A stretch of DNA of 64,000 nt, from the NCBI GenBank assembly GCA_040954595.2, contig CM082590.2, forward strand, positions 1,364,001-1,428,000, given 5' to 3'. How positions within the stretch are numbered: position 1 is the first letter of the stretch; each line of letters begins with the position of its first letter. The notes under the pieces were generated by a model, which was not told the origin of the DNA, did no database searches, and saw nothing but the letters and a program-made list of their open reading frames with translations. A program made the translations under genes and the position numbers. Of this stretch, positions 26,148 to 40,378 are shown piece by piece. Source of the DNA: Balanoglossus misakiensis (lineage: Eukaryota > Animalia > Hemichordata).

Positions 26148-27151
26148 TTAAAGCCCCAGTATTTCTCGTGTGTATCCATTTTTCATCATCGAAAAAAGCC
26201 CGTTTTTCCTGTACATTCGTCATGGAATACTACATAATGAAGATAGAAGAAAGGTTTGGGCAACTGCAGCTATGTGCAAGCTGTAAATATTGCCCGTAAC
26301 ACTTGAAATGATGCGCGGGTTTGTTTACAACGGAAATGTTGTACATCTCGATCAGCAAACGTGCCACTTTGACATTTGATGGTCAGACCATTTTCGGATT
26401 TGTTCTGGTTCCATCGACTGATTTCTCCCATAAAGTTATCTTCCCAAAATTTCGCCGAATTAGTGCGCATTTCTTCGCTGAGTCGCTTGATTTGGGGCGA
26501 CCAAACCTCTTCCGCATAGATTCACATTTGAGTGCGCATGCGCACTAGTCACGTGTGTCAACAGAGCCTGACTTTCTGTCCGGACAGAAAGTCATTCTTC
26601 ACTCGTTATATTGTAAATTGCATGTGGTTATGAGCAGAGCTGGGGATGATGACTGTTCGATTCAGTATCAATTATCATCTACTTTTAGAAATTATAGATG
26701 CCGTTTCAAACAAAATTTTGCCCCTACGAGAAATACTGAGGCTTTAATATGGATGAGCACAAAAAGAATGTATACCATGTGACTATCGATTGACGAATCA
26801 GAACACAGACTGTGGTGAGGTGTGTTACAATTGTAACACACCTCACCACGTTCAAAACAGTCTGTTTTGCGGGGTCACTAACAGTCCCTCGGGTTGTAGA
26901 CGTATACTGTTACCCTCTCGGCCAGTCAACATGTGTATAATGTTGTATGCAGACTACTGCTGTACAGTGTTCTTTGGAAAAGCGTCACAGGATTAGTCAC
27001 ACGATAATGTGACAAATAAATACAAGTGGCTGAGCACACGCAAAAGAATATATGCAAAGTTCTATGGCTGTTTTTCTCACATGGTGTCTGTTTATTTCAT
27101 TGTGTCTTCAAATTCCTGGCTTCACCTATTAGCCAATCAGAAGGACTATTA

Positions 27152-27370
<219 letters not shown>

Positions 27371-29447
27371 TCAATGACGAAATGCATAAATCCTCTTGAC
27401 TGACCTGTAATGGGGTAGATACTGGTAGTGCATGAAAGACACTGTATTATTGCCACCTTGTACTTGTTAAAGTCATTACACTGCTGTATGCAATTAGCAT
27501 AGTCAGGGACTGCAGAACAACAAAACAAGTTAGCAATGAAAGAGTGACACCATTCAGCAAAAACAGGATTAATCCACACAAAACATACCCCAAAAAATAT
27601 TCTAAATAAAATTATCACTGTCCAATAGTTTCCATTACAAAATGAACCCTTTCAGCCAAGTTATTCTTGAGTATAATTGATTGAACATTTTTCACTTTTT
27701 TTCATTTGAATACAGTTTCATCTACAGCCCAGGATTCACTTTATAGTAACAACATTACTGAGCAATAAAGTCATGAATTGCTTCATTTCTATAGACTGCA
27801 ACAACTATGTAACAGATTCAAATTCAGATAATAGTGTACACCAATAATCCGTCCCCAACACGCAATGGCACCACAATTTTGTACAAAACACTGAATGTTG
27901 TGACCAAGTTTTCACAACTGTACAAAATGTGTGCTGAATATCATAATCAATACAAACTACTTCTTCTTTGTTGTTATAACTTGTTTTAATCTGTCACCAG
28001 GTGAATCTTTTGAACTGGAGTTTTGGATTTTAATTATGGGTTGATGTGAAACAAATAGATCAACAGAGTGTGAATAAGAATTGTAAAATAACTTTGTGTA
28101 ATAAGAATATGTGTAATGGTGGTGATTCAAGCATTTTCATGACTTGTATATATTCAAATGGTTTGTCCACATTCAGGATATTTTTTATGGAAAGAAAATT
28201 CACATTGTTCAAGAAAGTGAAGACAGCTGAGTTTACGACAAACAACTTAAAATTTAAAACTGTGGTGTTTGGTAAAAGCTACAAATTTCAGGAGACCTGT
28301 TTGGTAAACTGTCTTATTAAAATATTTATTTTTCAGGAAAAGAAGTGTCATGATTGTATACAAAGATTAATGCCAAAACGGGGGGGGGGGGGGCATGCAC
28401 TCACAATCATGTATACTTTCGATTACTTACAAGCCTTGGTTAGACTCTCAGAACAGGGGCATTTAAAGATGTACGTTTGTCAAAATTGAAAGTATTGCCA
28501 TTTCTTTTAATTGTTGATTTTTGGATTATCCTGTGTATGTATAATGAAAATCGATTTCTGTGATGAAAAATAGGGGTCACCTACAGTGTAGCTTGTTTTT
28601 GAAATACAAGGCCATGAATTTAGTTGATAATAGATTTTTCACCAATGGGCTGTCTATGGCCCATGGGCGAAATTTTTAACGAGATTTATCCCAAAATAGA
28701 GCGCTGTGTCCACACGACTGTATTTGACCAATGAATTTATATTGACTGGACTGAGCTATGTTAGTAGATCAATGTAATCCTATGGGAAAAAGATGAGTGC
28801 GCACAGTTTTCCGGTTTATGTTCTGCGCATATACATCTTTAAAGCAGATACATGTATCTACAGAGATGTTCATCTTGATTGTGTAACACTTGAAGCATGT
28901 AATTGAAAGGCAGTGGGGCAAGGTAGTGAGATTCCAAGAGCGAGCTGAAACTGAATTGATGATTTGGTGAGCCCGAGTTAGTCTCATCCTTTTTCAATTT
29001 TGGTCATGTGTTTTTGCAGTTTGTTGGATTTCTTATTTGTTTTGCCTCATTATTTTGATAACCAATAAAAACAGCATCAAGGAAACTGGTGCATTCTCAG
29101 TGTTTTGTGATGTAAGGTGGTATGGTACCCAAGATGAGCATGACATCTATAATGACCCAAAACATTTATTAGAACTAAGATTCTGTCATTTATTGATATT
29201 AGTGACACAACTTATAAATCTCTCCTTTCAGATGAGTTTGCAACATATAATGAGAAACTCAAATGTACCTGTAATTGACAGAACGATATTGTGAGCAAGT
29301 GAGTCAGTCAGCAATAGTTATTGTGATTGCAATGCTATATGTAGTAAAAATACAACATTGATTATGGACAAACCGCTTTGTTTGGCAGCAGTGTGGCAAT
29401 TGAAGTTTAAAATTCTGCCAACAATGCTTATCTCACATCTCAATAAA

Positions 29448-31413
29448 ACACCATTCTCACTGGCACGTTTACACCGGTGCTACACCGGTGCAGATTCAAC
29501 TCCGACGGAAAAGAGTAAGTGAGAACGCTTTACACCGGTGCTGGGCCGGTGTTAATTTGTGACGACGATGGGTGGTGGGTCAAGGCCAGTGCTGGGCCAG
29601 TGCTCCGACGCAAATTTTCAGTGAGAACGCAAAGATAAACAAACACCGTTCAAAAGCGCCACCCTGCCGTGACTTTTGGGTATATTTACGAGCACAGTCC
29701 CTCAAGAAAGATGGTCGGGAATCGCCTATTGTTCGGACGTGTGAACGAGAGGATAAGCTGTAGGATGCGCATTCGCTCTACTACACCCACGATGATTTTC
29801 CCGATATGTTAGTTATGTTTCAAGTATATTCCAATTCAGTACATTAAATTCATTCGACATGCTTTTAAAGACAAGGGAAGTGCACATTTTGCATATCAAA
29901 TCACTTCTTGTAGCACCCACGGGTGTTGTAATTTTCAACTGTGGATTGTGGGCATATACACATTTTGCGGATGTTTCTGGGACCGCTTTAATTTGACCCT
30001 TTTTTCGATGTTTTTTTCTCGATAAATGTTACAAAAAGCTATGTATGTTAACTCCAATATATAAGGTGTTAGGCAACTATATCGAAAATGAACTGTCTAT
30101 TATACTTGTGCCGAAATCGGTCATTTGCATCGTTGTTTGATTTTACACTGAAACAAATGGTGGCCTAATGTAAATAAGGTGGCTTCAATATGAAATGGGC
30201 GATTTTTCATTCTCTTGATCATGATAAGTCTTGTATTGGTTTTGGTGATCTTTGGTACTAAATTCTTGAGCTATCAGGATATGACTGGTGATGTTCAACT
30301 TTTACGAAAAATACAAAACCATTTTCGAGCGAGTGAGTGCTTTCCAAGATGCCAGTGTGATCGGGTGTGTTCACACTGCTTCAAGTGTGTCGCGTTTTGA
30401 CCCTTCAAAAATGCGGTTTTTCAAATTCGATAGCCATTGTTAACCTTCTAATTAAGTTGTATTGTATAAACACCATGCATTGGTTCAATATAATTTTGCC
30501 AAAGTGATTAAATGTTACCGATAAAACTGTATGAAAATTGAGTTGCACTGATCGCCGTCGAACAGAAATGATTCAGCCCTATGCACTGTCTTCGATCACT
30601 CACTCAACGACCTGGGTCACTTTCCAGTACGTGTTCCTGGTTTGCGTTCTGATGGACAAGGTCAGGGTTAGAATAAGAGTCACAAATCTGCGTGTTGGTT
30701 GAGAAACTGTATCTTAAACGACATTTCTACAACAATAACAGCAACAGTACACAGAAATTTTCCACACATGTGCTAAATAAATTATGATGCATTCTAGAGA
30801 AATGACATCACTGCATATGCTAATCTGATGCAAATGACTTCGACATGCTTCCGATCAACATCCAATAAACATTTCAGCAAACCATAATGAGCATCATAAC
30901 AATAGGGGCCCTGAGAGTTTCCCAACTGTCTTTCTTAAGGGACTGTGTTACAAGGTAACCCATTGTCTTTGGTAGTTTCCATTGTGAAGTCAATCACACT
31001 GGACGTGAGTGGTTTTCTAACCATCCACGGTTTGCCAGGTCTGCAACACTTCTGTCTGCCACCAACTTTCAGAAGGTTCTCTCGATCACCGAAAAGTTGA
31101 GGCATTTTCCATTTATGGATTAACATTCATTTACTTCTAAACATTATCAAAACTGTCATGAAGACGACAAAGTCGTCTAGAACGCATATGCAGGTATAGA
31201 AACTGAAACTTGTTGCTGTAATGTCCTTGACGTCCACAATTTTGTTAGTTGCCGTGTTGCTAAACATGGCCATTTAGACAGTGTTTATTTCAAAATAGTG
31301 TCCAAAAATTTAGTGTGTGGACGCACAGAGATTCTGTGGGCTAATCCCCTGTGTTTGCAGAGAGTAAACACTGGCCCTACACCGGTGTCGAAACTTTTAG
31401 TGAGAACAAGGCT
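29448..31413. mobile_element. Non-autonomous element with TTCTCACT...AGTGAGAA subtermini (Harbinger-like), carrying a nested insertion
   Basis: 29454-29690 plus 30955-31158 align to an uninterrupted partial copy at 49605-50052. Confidence 0.7.
29693..30947. mobile_element. Non-autonomous element, P-like (7-bp TSD), nested
   Basis: TIR CACAGTCCCTCAAGAAAGA / TCTTTCTTAAGGGACTGTG. Flanks TTACGAG / TTACAAG (1 mismatch). Empty site visible in the 49.8-kb copy of the host element. Confidence 0.8.
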
Positions 31414-32599
31414 TAAAATTGTCTTTCTACAACCCAAACACTCATTGTTTCATGTGCAGGAATTTATGTTTCTATAGCGATGCAAATGATATGAATACTC
31501 AGAAACAATCAAAAGAACATGAGAGTCAGCTTGAATTACTCAACACTATGACCGACAATCACTATTATCTGACAAGGCACAACAAGTTGTGTTTGACTAG
31601 GCCCCACTATGAAAAACAATGCACAAGGCACATTTGGAAAACAGCTACATGTACCTGTCCTACTTCAACATACAGCAATTCATTGATGCATAAACGCACA
31701 CCCATTGCAACACCCCAGAGGTTTCATTTGAAAAAAATTAGACTGTCAAGCTAGCAGTTTCTCAGAAAGGACATTTTGATTCAATTAGCACACCAGTTTT
31801 AACATTGCTATATGAGTATTTTAGCATTGCTGGATTGAGCTCTCGCTCAATCATAATTGTATAATATAATAGGGGTTTTATCGATTTGTCGAATGCTGCT
31901 GTAACAAAAACAATGTTAATTTGTATTTTTGCAACCTATATTTTTAAAGGAAAATGTCACCTATGTTAAACTTTGAAAAAAAAATAAACATCAATTTGTC
32001 AGTCAATGTCAGCCTGTGACTCTCACAAAATTCCAATGGAAGTGACTGTTCAAAGGATGATGATGAAACCTACTGTGTTCAATTCTCACCCGAGAGCAGA
32101 ACTGTACTGAACAAAGAACCTGAAACAATCACATAAAGAGATGAAAATGATGGCAGACATGTGTTAAATCCAGTAATCAGATTCAACAACAGAACTGAAG
32201 TGATGTCTGGTGCCAGAATGTTGACCTCACCGCACAATCACCATGATTGTACCTACCATCCATACAAACCCTCCAGAAGGAAGAAACACTAGCATGACCT
32301 GAGTTGACCTCAGTGACACTGAGATTATGAACTGAACTGAATTGACACTGCAATCGCCAGACACTCAAAAAGTTGAACTGCCAATTGTTGACTGGTTATT
32401 GAATTCTTTCAGGTGAAAAATATTACTAGAGTTTAGATAAAGTATTTTTGTTTACTATTGGTAAAAAAAATTACAAGATCATTTCAAAAACTGTGAAAGA
32501 CAAAGTTTGAAAAGCAAATCAAAAGCCAGGACTGTTCCATTGAAAAGACCTGAGATGACATACACACATTGACTGACTGGAAGAAAAACTGTATTTTAA

Positions 32600-32940
32600 A
32601 GGGACAAAGTCTCTTTTTCGCTGCCGGTTTTCCATTAATTATGTTTGATACAAGACCCCTTTTATGTTAATGTACATGGAGATATATAGTGAATCAACGT
32701 TCCACCACACACAACTTCCATCCGACTTGCAGATACGAGAGTGAAAAACTCGCCAAAATGAATAATCGGTGTTTACCAGTTCTTCATTTTGGGCAAGTTT
32801 TTACTTTCATATTATACATGTGGGATGAAAGTTTTAAGTGGTTGAATGTTGATTCACTTTATATCCACATTAACATAAACGATGTCTTGTATCAAACATA
32901 ATTAATGGAAAAGGGGCAGTAAGAGAGAGACTTTGTCCCT
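32600..32940. mobile_element. TTAA-flanked MITE (Kolobok-like)
   Basis: TTAA-AGGGACAAAGTCTCT...TTCCATTAATTATGTTTGATACAAGAC with reverse complement ending AGAGACTTTGTCCCT-TTAA. Confidence 0.88.
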
Positions 32941-33289
32941 TTAATTAAGATGAGGACTGACAAATATGATGTTGATTGAGGTGTTACACACCTCGAAATA
33001 AAAGGTCATCTGATCATGTTAGATTTATACCTAGGATACTATGACTTCTAATCATTTAATCTATGGAACAAGTGACCTATCGGTCAAAAGAGCTCTGCTG
33101 ACTTTAACAGTGTAACCTGGGCGATGATATGAATACCCGAGGTTTTTATTCATAACAATTGTATTCTATTGAACAAAACCAAACATAAACATCACAAGTA
33201 TTTATCAAAATTCAGCTTGATTCATTGTGCTAAAGAAAGAAAGAAAGAATTGAATCCTAAAGAACAACATCAAAAGGAAGCACCAAGGT

Positions 33290-33610
33290 TCTAATTTGCA
33301 TATTCATGACCCCATCAAAATTTCAATTAACAAAATCAGGTAGGGGCACCATAACACACATTCCTACCAAATTTCAGCTCCATTGTACATGTAGTTATGG
33401 AGAAGAAGATTTTTGACCAAAAATTCTATTTTTAGATCTAATTTGCATATTCATGACCCCATCAAATCCAAATTAACAAAATCAGGTAAGGGCACCATAA
33501 CACACATTCCAACCAAATTTCAGCTAAATATGCCAAGTTGGTTTAAAAGACGATTGAAATACCAAAAGTTGACGGACGACAGATGACGGACGGACGGACG
33601 ATGGACGGAC
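33290..33610 (-). repeat. Two ~147-bp core repeats plus (GACG)n microsatellite; Helentron/HINE-like remnant
   Basis: CTAATTTGCATATTCATGACCCCATCAAA...GGGCACCATAACACACATTCC at 33291 and 33438, followed by GACGGACGGACG. Confidence 0.55.
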
Positions 33611-34216
33611 ACTTATCAACCTACTGCTAAAATCAAAATTTCTGCATGGGATATGGGGTACTTGAAACCTTCATAGAGTGGGAGGGGGGATTTGAAATAA
33701 AGATGCATCCCCCCCCCCGACCAAGTTGTTTGCTAACTCTACCTAAATGATCTTTTGATAGCAGGTGTTGTAGACAGCATTGACGTCACTAGAAATCTCA
33801 CAGACTCTAGAGTGTCCTTTTCTGTATTCATGGGCTACACACAATTTGTCAAATTGACGTATATAACCAGTATAAAAATGCAGTATGTGATTCCACTTGA
33901 ATCATGAGAGCTTTAAGTGTAGGATACAATAAAGCTCTTGTCAATAAACTACATGTAGAGTCACATACATTGCAAAGGTTTTACTGATTTATTCAGCATT
34001 AGTACAGAAACTATTAGGACATTTATTTCTTTTCTAAATTTGCTAAAGTGTAGTGATTCTATATATGATTCTGTTAGTTAATTAAAGTGCTTGAGTGAAA
34101 AGATATTTAAATATGGCTATAGTCTAGATATTATGCTTTTTACGGGGGACAGATTTGTGTTTAGGCAGATTTTAAAGGCGAAGGCCTCACCATTAAATCA
34201 TACTAATGGGATATAG

Positions 34217-35270
34217 TGAACATTTATTGCCTGGCCATGAGGGCCATAGCGGCCGTTTATTACACCCGAGGGGCTGTGAGTTACCAGAATCATAGGCTAT
34301 TTCCCGATCACGGTCACGTGACCAACCGGTCACGTGACCAACGTGGTCACGTCAATCAACGTCGCGTCGTCTGACACAATGGCCACCGCTGAAGATGTCG
34401 TCTGCCAACCTCAAGAGAAAATTGCAAGATTTTCCCAACTGTTAGCATGAGGTTTATTATAAAACACCTATAGCCTGGCCTATATTTAAATAATAACACA
34501 TGATAGCGAGGGCAATATCACGATTTGAAGCCTGCACGAGGGATGGTGATCTCTGACTATAATATTGATGATGCCCGAGCCGCAGGCGAGGGTATCATCA
34601 ATATTGTGGTCAGAGATCACCAGCCCGAGAGCAGGCTTCAAATTGTGATGTTGCCCGAGCATCATGTGTTATTAATTTTATTACGCCGAACATTTGAACG
34701 TACATACAAGGCAGGCATAGAAGAACGTAGACGCGCGTCCATATGTCGTATGTTGCTGAGAATGTAAAATGTCTCGATCTCCCAAGAATTATACGATACC
34801 TACTTCGAACTTAGATTATTTTGAAAATACTGCACTGTTGGTTGCGATTTTGTTGTATTTACTGTCCGTTTGCGGTAAAATATCGTCCAGTTGAACAGGT
34901 GTTAAGCCTATGTGTCGCTTTGAAGCCATAGATGCGGGAGTTGACTGATCGTGGAGGAAGCCATTGAACGACAGTTTGGAACGCGCAGAAGTCGCGCGCA
35001 GAACACAAAACAACCCAGCGGGCAATATCAGCGCACGCGACAGGGCTTTATCAACTCTAGCCATGTTATATCACTTTTTTTCTATATCACGTGAGCGCGT
35101 CTCAGCCAATCACGAATATGGTATAATACGTGAGGTGTAATAATCGGGCCATAGCAGCCATTTTTACCCCCTACGGCCTCAAGGAAATAGCATGTGATTC
35201 TGGTAACTCACAGCTCCTCGGGGGTAATAAACAGCTGCAATGGCCCTCATGGCTCGCCAATAGGTGTTCA
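34217..35270. mobile_element. TIR element (about 90-bp imperfect TIRs) hosting the hairpin-headed element at 34488-35144
   Basis: CCATGAGGGCCAT..GCTGTGAGTTACCAGAATCA..GCTATTTCC on the left versus its reverse complement at about 35183-35270. Confidence 0.7.
34488..35144 (+). mobile_element. Hairpin-headed interspersed repeat, copy A
   Basis: Long hairpin 34492-34673, then a body bounded by short IR TTATTACGCC / GGTGTAATAA. Near-identical inverted copy at 37452-38110. Confidence 0.85.
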
Positions 35271-37451
35271 ATATACAGAATTTCCACATTTTGTCAAACC
35301 AATTTCCCTGTCTTCCCATACTGGTGGCATGATAAGCTTTTGTGTTTAGCATTGTAAGGTTGTGGACTTCTCAAATTTCAAAAGGTAGAATATTGTTATT
35401 TTCCTGACTTTTATCAAACATAGCAAGAAAATACGGTGTTTCTATGTTAGCTCTAAGGGGGTCTAAAATATTGTGGATACTGCTGAGTCAGCACTTTCTC
35501 ACACTCCTAATGCTATAGTTTTCCTATGGAGAAAATATCTAAACAGCTCTATCAAAAATCAAGCACAGTGACATAGTAGTGTCCAGTATTTGCTATATGC
35601 GTCTGTGAGGGCGCTATTGATAATACATCATCAGTACATCCTCCTCCTTGTTGTTCAGAGCCAGAGACGGCAATGGTCTACGCTGAATAATGTAGTATTT
35701 GTTAGTATGCAGTGCGTAAGTGTCCAGTCATTAATAGACGACAAAACAATAGTGTTTTCTTTAAATCTTGTAGTAATACTCCTCTTTTGGCACCTGAAAT
35801 TTTAAGGAAAATGACAATATTGCAATACTGTTTTCTCAAAACCTATGACCTATGGAATATGGAATGATAACCATAAACTGCATTTAGGTATTCTTCTAAC
35901 CTGAACACTCCACCACCATAGTTCAATCCAAACCCAATTGTTTTTATGATAAAGTTGGACCTCTAAAGAGGAAACTGGGGGTGAAAGGGTTAAAAGATTC
36001 CCCTTTCCAATGAATCCCATAAAATTGTTCAAACTTCAAAACTGCGGCAAGAGGAACACAAAACCAGTATTCACTCACTGCTCTTTCTGCCACGCCTACA
36101 CACATTCAAAATGATTTTTTTTGTATCAGGATTTTTTACATCAAAGACCAATCACATTGTAGAGGGTGCTCTCCTATTCCAAATCTTTTCTGTCATGTGA
36201 CCAGGGTACTGTACTAATTTGCAATAAAATACCAAGTACATCCCATTCTGATTTTCAAAGATCAAATCCTTTATGTGAAAATGAGGTTATGAAAAAAGAG
36301 CTTTCCAATGACCTCTAAGGTCTCACAAAATCTCACACATTAATTTTCAAGCTACAGCAATAATGTTGAATGTTCAGAACATAACACTAGACATGTTTTC
36401 CCCTAGAGAGCCAAATGGAATGAAAAACCAGGGTTGATACAAATGACGTTCCTAATTTTAATATATATCTCTTGCAATTTACAAGAATTATGAGTAATAA
36501 TAACAGAGTACAGCCACAGAAGGGGGAATTTTTTCCATTAATGCATCAGGAGAAATGTTTACGACCAGTTTTTTGAACTGGAGTATTAAAGTGCATGTAG
36601 TAATTCACAATCAAACCAGCTTAATAGGTTGATAGTGTTTGTTACACAGTGATTTTAGCAAGTATTTCCAAATCATTTCAGATCATTTGATTTGGCTCAT
36701 GCTGACATTATTATTATACTAGGCAATACATCTTGATGAAAAACACAGAAATATTTTGACCGTTAATTTTTTTTTCTTTGACCTGGGCACAGATACCTAA
36801 ACATAGCCATTTGTCAAGATATGTCCTGACAGCAGAGTACAAAATGAATGATACAATATAGCTACCATTTTTTTATCCATCTCACATTCTTAGCTGATCC
36901 ATAAACAGCCACGGTATGTCGATCTACACACAGCTAACAATAACAGCCCTACTATACATCGACTGAAATGTCTAGACAGACAACAAATAGATCAAATGAA
37001 GTCAAATTGCTAGAGTAGAATCACACCAAATAGAGTCTGTCTACTCAATCATATTTGTAATTTCTGATTTTACAGCACCCAAAGGGCTTTTAGAATTAGA
37101 CACAGAAATGTCAGTGTGTTGAAAGGCTTATCACTACTGGAATTATTTTCAAACAAAAAAAACACTTTGTAGCTGAACTCATACTGTGATATGGTAAATT
37201 ATTACTGTAGAATGAAATCCCAAACAAAAACCACTGAATACGATATTTAGAAGTAGACACCACAATTTTAGTGTTTTAAAAGGCTTATAACTATTCATAT
37301 TTCATTAATTATACTGTCATCAAACTAAAAAACCTATGTATGTGAACTTATACCAGTACTAAGTTATGGTAAATTATTACTATATTAAATACCAAACCAA
37401 AACCACTGAATAGGCTATTGCACTGTGTATGTCTTAACAATTATATAACCC

Positions 37452-38110
37452 ATTATTACACCTCACTTATTATACCATACTAGTGATTGGCTGAGACGCG
37501 CTCACGTGATATAGAAAAAAAAGTGATATAACATGGCTAGAGTTGATAAAGCCCTGTCGCGTGCGCTGATATTGCCCGCTGGGTTGTTTTGGTGTTCTGC
37601 GCGCGACTTCTGCGCGTTCCAAACTGTCGTTCAATGGCTTCCTCCACGATCAGTCAACTCCCGCATCTATGGCTTCAAAGCGACACATAGGCTTAACACC
37701 TGTTCAACTGGACGATATTTTACCACAAACGGACAGTAAATACAACAAAATCGCAACCAACAGTGCAGTATTTTCAAAATAATCTAAGTTCGAAGTAGGT
37801 ATCGTATAATTCTTGGGAGATCGAGACATTTTACATTCTCAGCAACGTACGACATATGGACGCGCGTCTACGTTCTTCTATGCCTGCCTTGTATGTACGT
37901 TCAAATGTTCGCCGTAATAAAATTAATAACACATGATGCTTGGGCAACATCACAATTTGAAGCCTGCTCTCGGGCTGGTGATCTCTGACCACAATATTGA
38001 TGATACCCTCGCCTGCGGCTCGGGCATCATCAATATTATAGTCAGAGATCACCATCCCTCGTGCAGGCTTCAAATCGTGATATTGCCCTTGCTATCATGT
38101 GTTATTATTT
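37452..38110 (-). mobile_element. Hairpin-headed interspersed repeat, copy B (inverted relative to copy A)
   Basis: Reverse complement of 34488-35144 with few substitutions; the ORF track gives mirror-image 80-aa translations. Confidence 0.85.
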
Positions 38111-39066
38111 AACTCAAATCTGGTTGCAAAATGGTGTGGACTGATATATGTGCACTGGAATCTTGACAGACACATGCATATAACTCTTTAATGTGTCAAA
38201 CTTTGCTAATGCATTTTTTTGTCAATAAGAATGTCAATGATTCTCATTGAAGGAAATTTAGGAAAGTGAAAAGATTTCAATTTTTATCAACTCTGGAACA
38301 ATAGCTGAGAAAATTGGCAGATTTTTGAGCCCCCAAAAGTTCGGAGTCACGTACAACTGCAGTGATGAGCCCATGCATAGGGGCAAGTACCGGAGTTCCC
38401 CTGAGCACTGTTATTTTGTTGTTCTTTTCTTCACAATTTGCAACTTTGCCAATAGCAGTTCTAATGGAAATTCGGTAATGTAACTTTGACAGTGGTGCAT
38501 GCAATAATCCTGAATCTTTAGGTCAAGGTCAATATATTAGTTGCACACATTACAAGTGCAATCATTGTGTATTAATTACATTTGGGAGATTTCTACAAAA
38601 TGCTCCAATGTCCCAATTACTGCTAAATCATTTATGCCATATAAGAACACAGAGAAATTGCCAACTCTCCCCCAATAAGAACAGTTTCTCCCAATCAAGA
38701 GAATGTCTCATCCGTGTTTTGCTGCTAAGTTTGCTGGCCTGGGGTCCAGGAAAGGGATTCCTCTGTTATAGCCCCAGTTAGCGACAGTTCAGTAGCTGTG
38801 AACAGCAGCTACGCCCCAGTATCATGCATGCACGTCGAATATCGAGCAATACCTGAACCCCTTCCCGGCCCTATAAACAGTTGGCCTTGGGATTGGGAAG
38901 CAACAACCCAATCTTGAAACATTAGTGGATGACTGTCTTTTAGATAGGAAGGGCTAGCACCATGGACAACCATCGAAACTGCACTGAAGTCAGGCATCGT
39001 GTTGACTGAAAACAATAATAAAACATTCACTTAAACACTGTGTGTCAATGACAGTTATAATCTTAC

Positions 39067-39464
39067 CTGTTCAGGGGTCCCAACTGAAATATATGAAGCA
39101 ATGCCCAGAAGAACCACTCTTTGCAGCTGCTAGTCTTGGTTGCCCCGCCCTCTTTTTCGTTCTCTTGCAAGTCAGAATGGTACCATCTCAGACTGAATGT
39201 TTGCATAATGATCGACGGTATAAATATGAAACTAAAAGTCAGTCCACACCACCAGTAATGGCCAAGTCTCAAATACTGGGCTGATAGCAGAAAATCGGTG
39301 ACTAAATCGGCCAGCCATGTCATCATTGAACCGAACGTAAACAAGAAATCCCAGATCGTGTATGGTTGTATTTTGATTCCACTGTAACTATCACGGCCAC
39401 ATTCACTTTTATCACGTTTTCGGTCACTCCGATCGTCATCAGTGGTTGCTCCTTCTTCTGCCAT
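39067..39464 (-). CDS. XK-related protein, coding exon 1
   Basis: ATG at 39464: MAEEG...YTIWDFLFT..S...WLADLVTD.LLS.QY...GHYWW.GLT..FI..PSIIMQ.FSLRWY..D...LHIFQLGPLNR. Donor GTaaga at 39066, phase 2. Exon lengths 398+188+848 = 1434 nt = 477 aa plus stop. Confidence 0.93.
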
Positions 39465-39539
39465 GTCTAAGGCAACGCGATCACTGAGACAGCACACTTG
39501 TTCCGCACCGGGGGTTCAACAAAAGTACCAACGTACAGA

Positions 39540-39720
39540 CGACAAACAGCTGAGCCTCCAAACCGGAAGTGTAATGCCACGGTTTTGTTGCTTTCCCATG
39601 ATGCATTTAGGTTTGTCCGGGTACGCGCGTATGCGTCGTAGTGCTACCATGCCAACAGCGCCTGTGATTGATCAGAATGTATGGAGTTGCATACTAGTAG
39701 TTGGCAATGTTTGCCAATAG
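39540..39720 (-). promoter_or_regulatory. Putative proximal promoter of the XKR gene
   Basis: About 100-150 bp upstream of the ATG: ETS motif CCGGAAGT (39563-39570), ZNF143/Staf-like TTCCCATGATGCAT (39593-39606), and NRF1-like CGCGCGTATGCG. Locally CpG-rich. Motif matches only. Confidence 0.5.
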
Positions 39721-40378
39721 GTTCCGTTATGCGTGTCCTTACAACTTGCAAGAGAGATACCCTAGGGCCCCCAAGGCATAATTCGCGGGAAAATGTTTCT
39801 GTCGTTTTTTTGCTCGTGTCTTTCTGTGCATTAGGCCTATACTTTTTTCAGCCATTTTTTTGTTTACTAATTTCAATTCAGCTTTAACCCTTAAACACTG
39901 AGGGCAACTGTTATAGACCTACTCATAGGTATAGCCTACTATACAACATTTCAAAGCAAAGTGTGTCTTAAAAAGTATGCACTACTCTGAAATCAAACCG
40001 AAATACTTTTAGGCCTATAAATAGTACACCACAAGACTAAGCTAGGCCTAATCCCGAACTGAACTGAACTAGGCCTACTTTCATTGACCAGATTGATCAT
40101 TTATTAGGCCGTTCACATTACTCAAAAAGGCCAGGACCTTGTCCTAGCAAGGTACGTGGCTGAGAACTAAAACAGGTATGAACGGGTCTGGCCAACCCTT
40201 GTCCGGACATTTTTTGTCCCAGTCAAATGGGGTGGTTTGTGTCCGACTCTGGTCCCAGCCTTGGTGTGTGTGTGGACACGTTTTGTCCGATTCTGGTCCC
40301 AGTTGACAACTTTTACAATTGACATAAACAGTGTAGTCTATCATTTGACAATGGTGAAAATTGTATAAACAACCATAA

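Noticed and set aside
28046-28489. 147-aa ORF in intron 1
   Set aside because: GTG start, low-complexity AT-rich composition, reads through a poly-G run, no motif.
34525-38073. Duplicated 80-aa 'MKPARG...' ORFs as a gene pair
   Set aside because: They start at TTG, run through a DNA hairpin, and are duplicated only because the repeat is.
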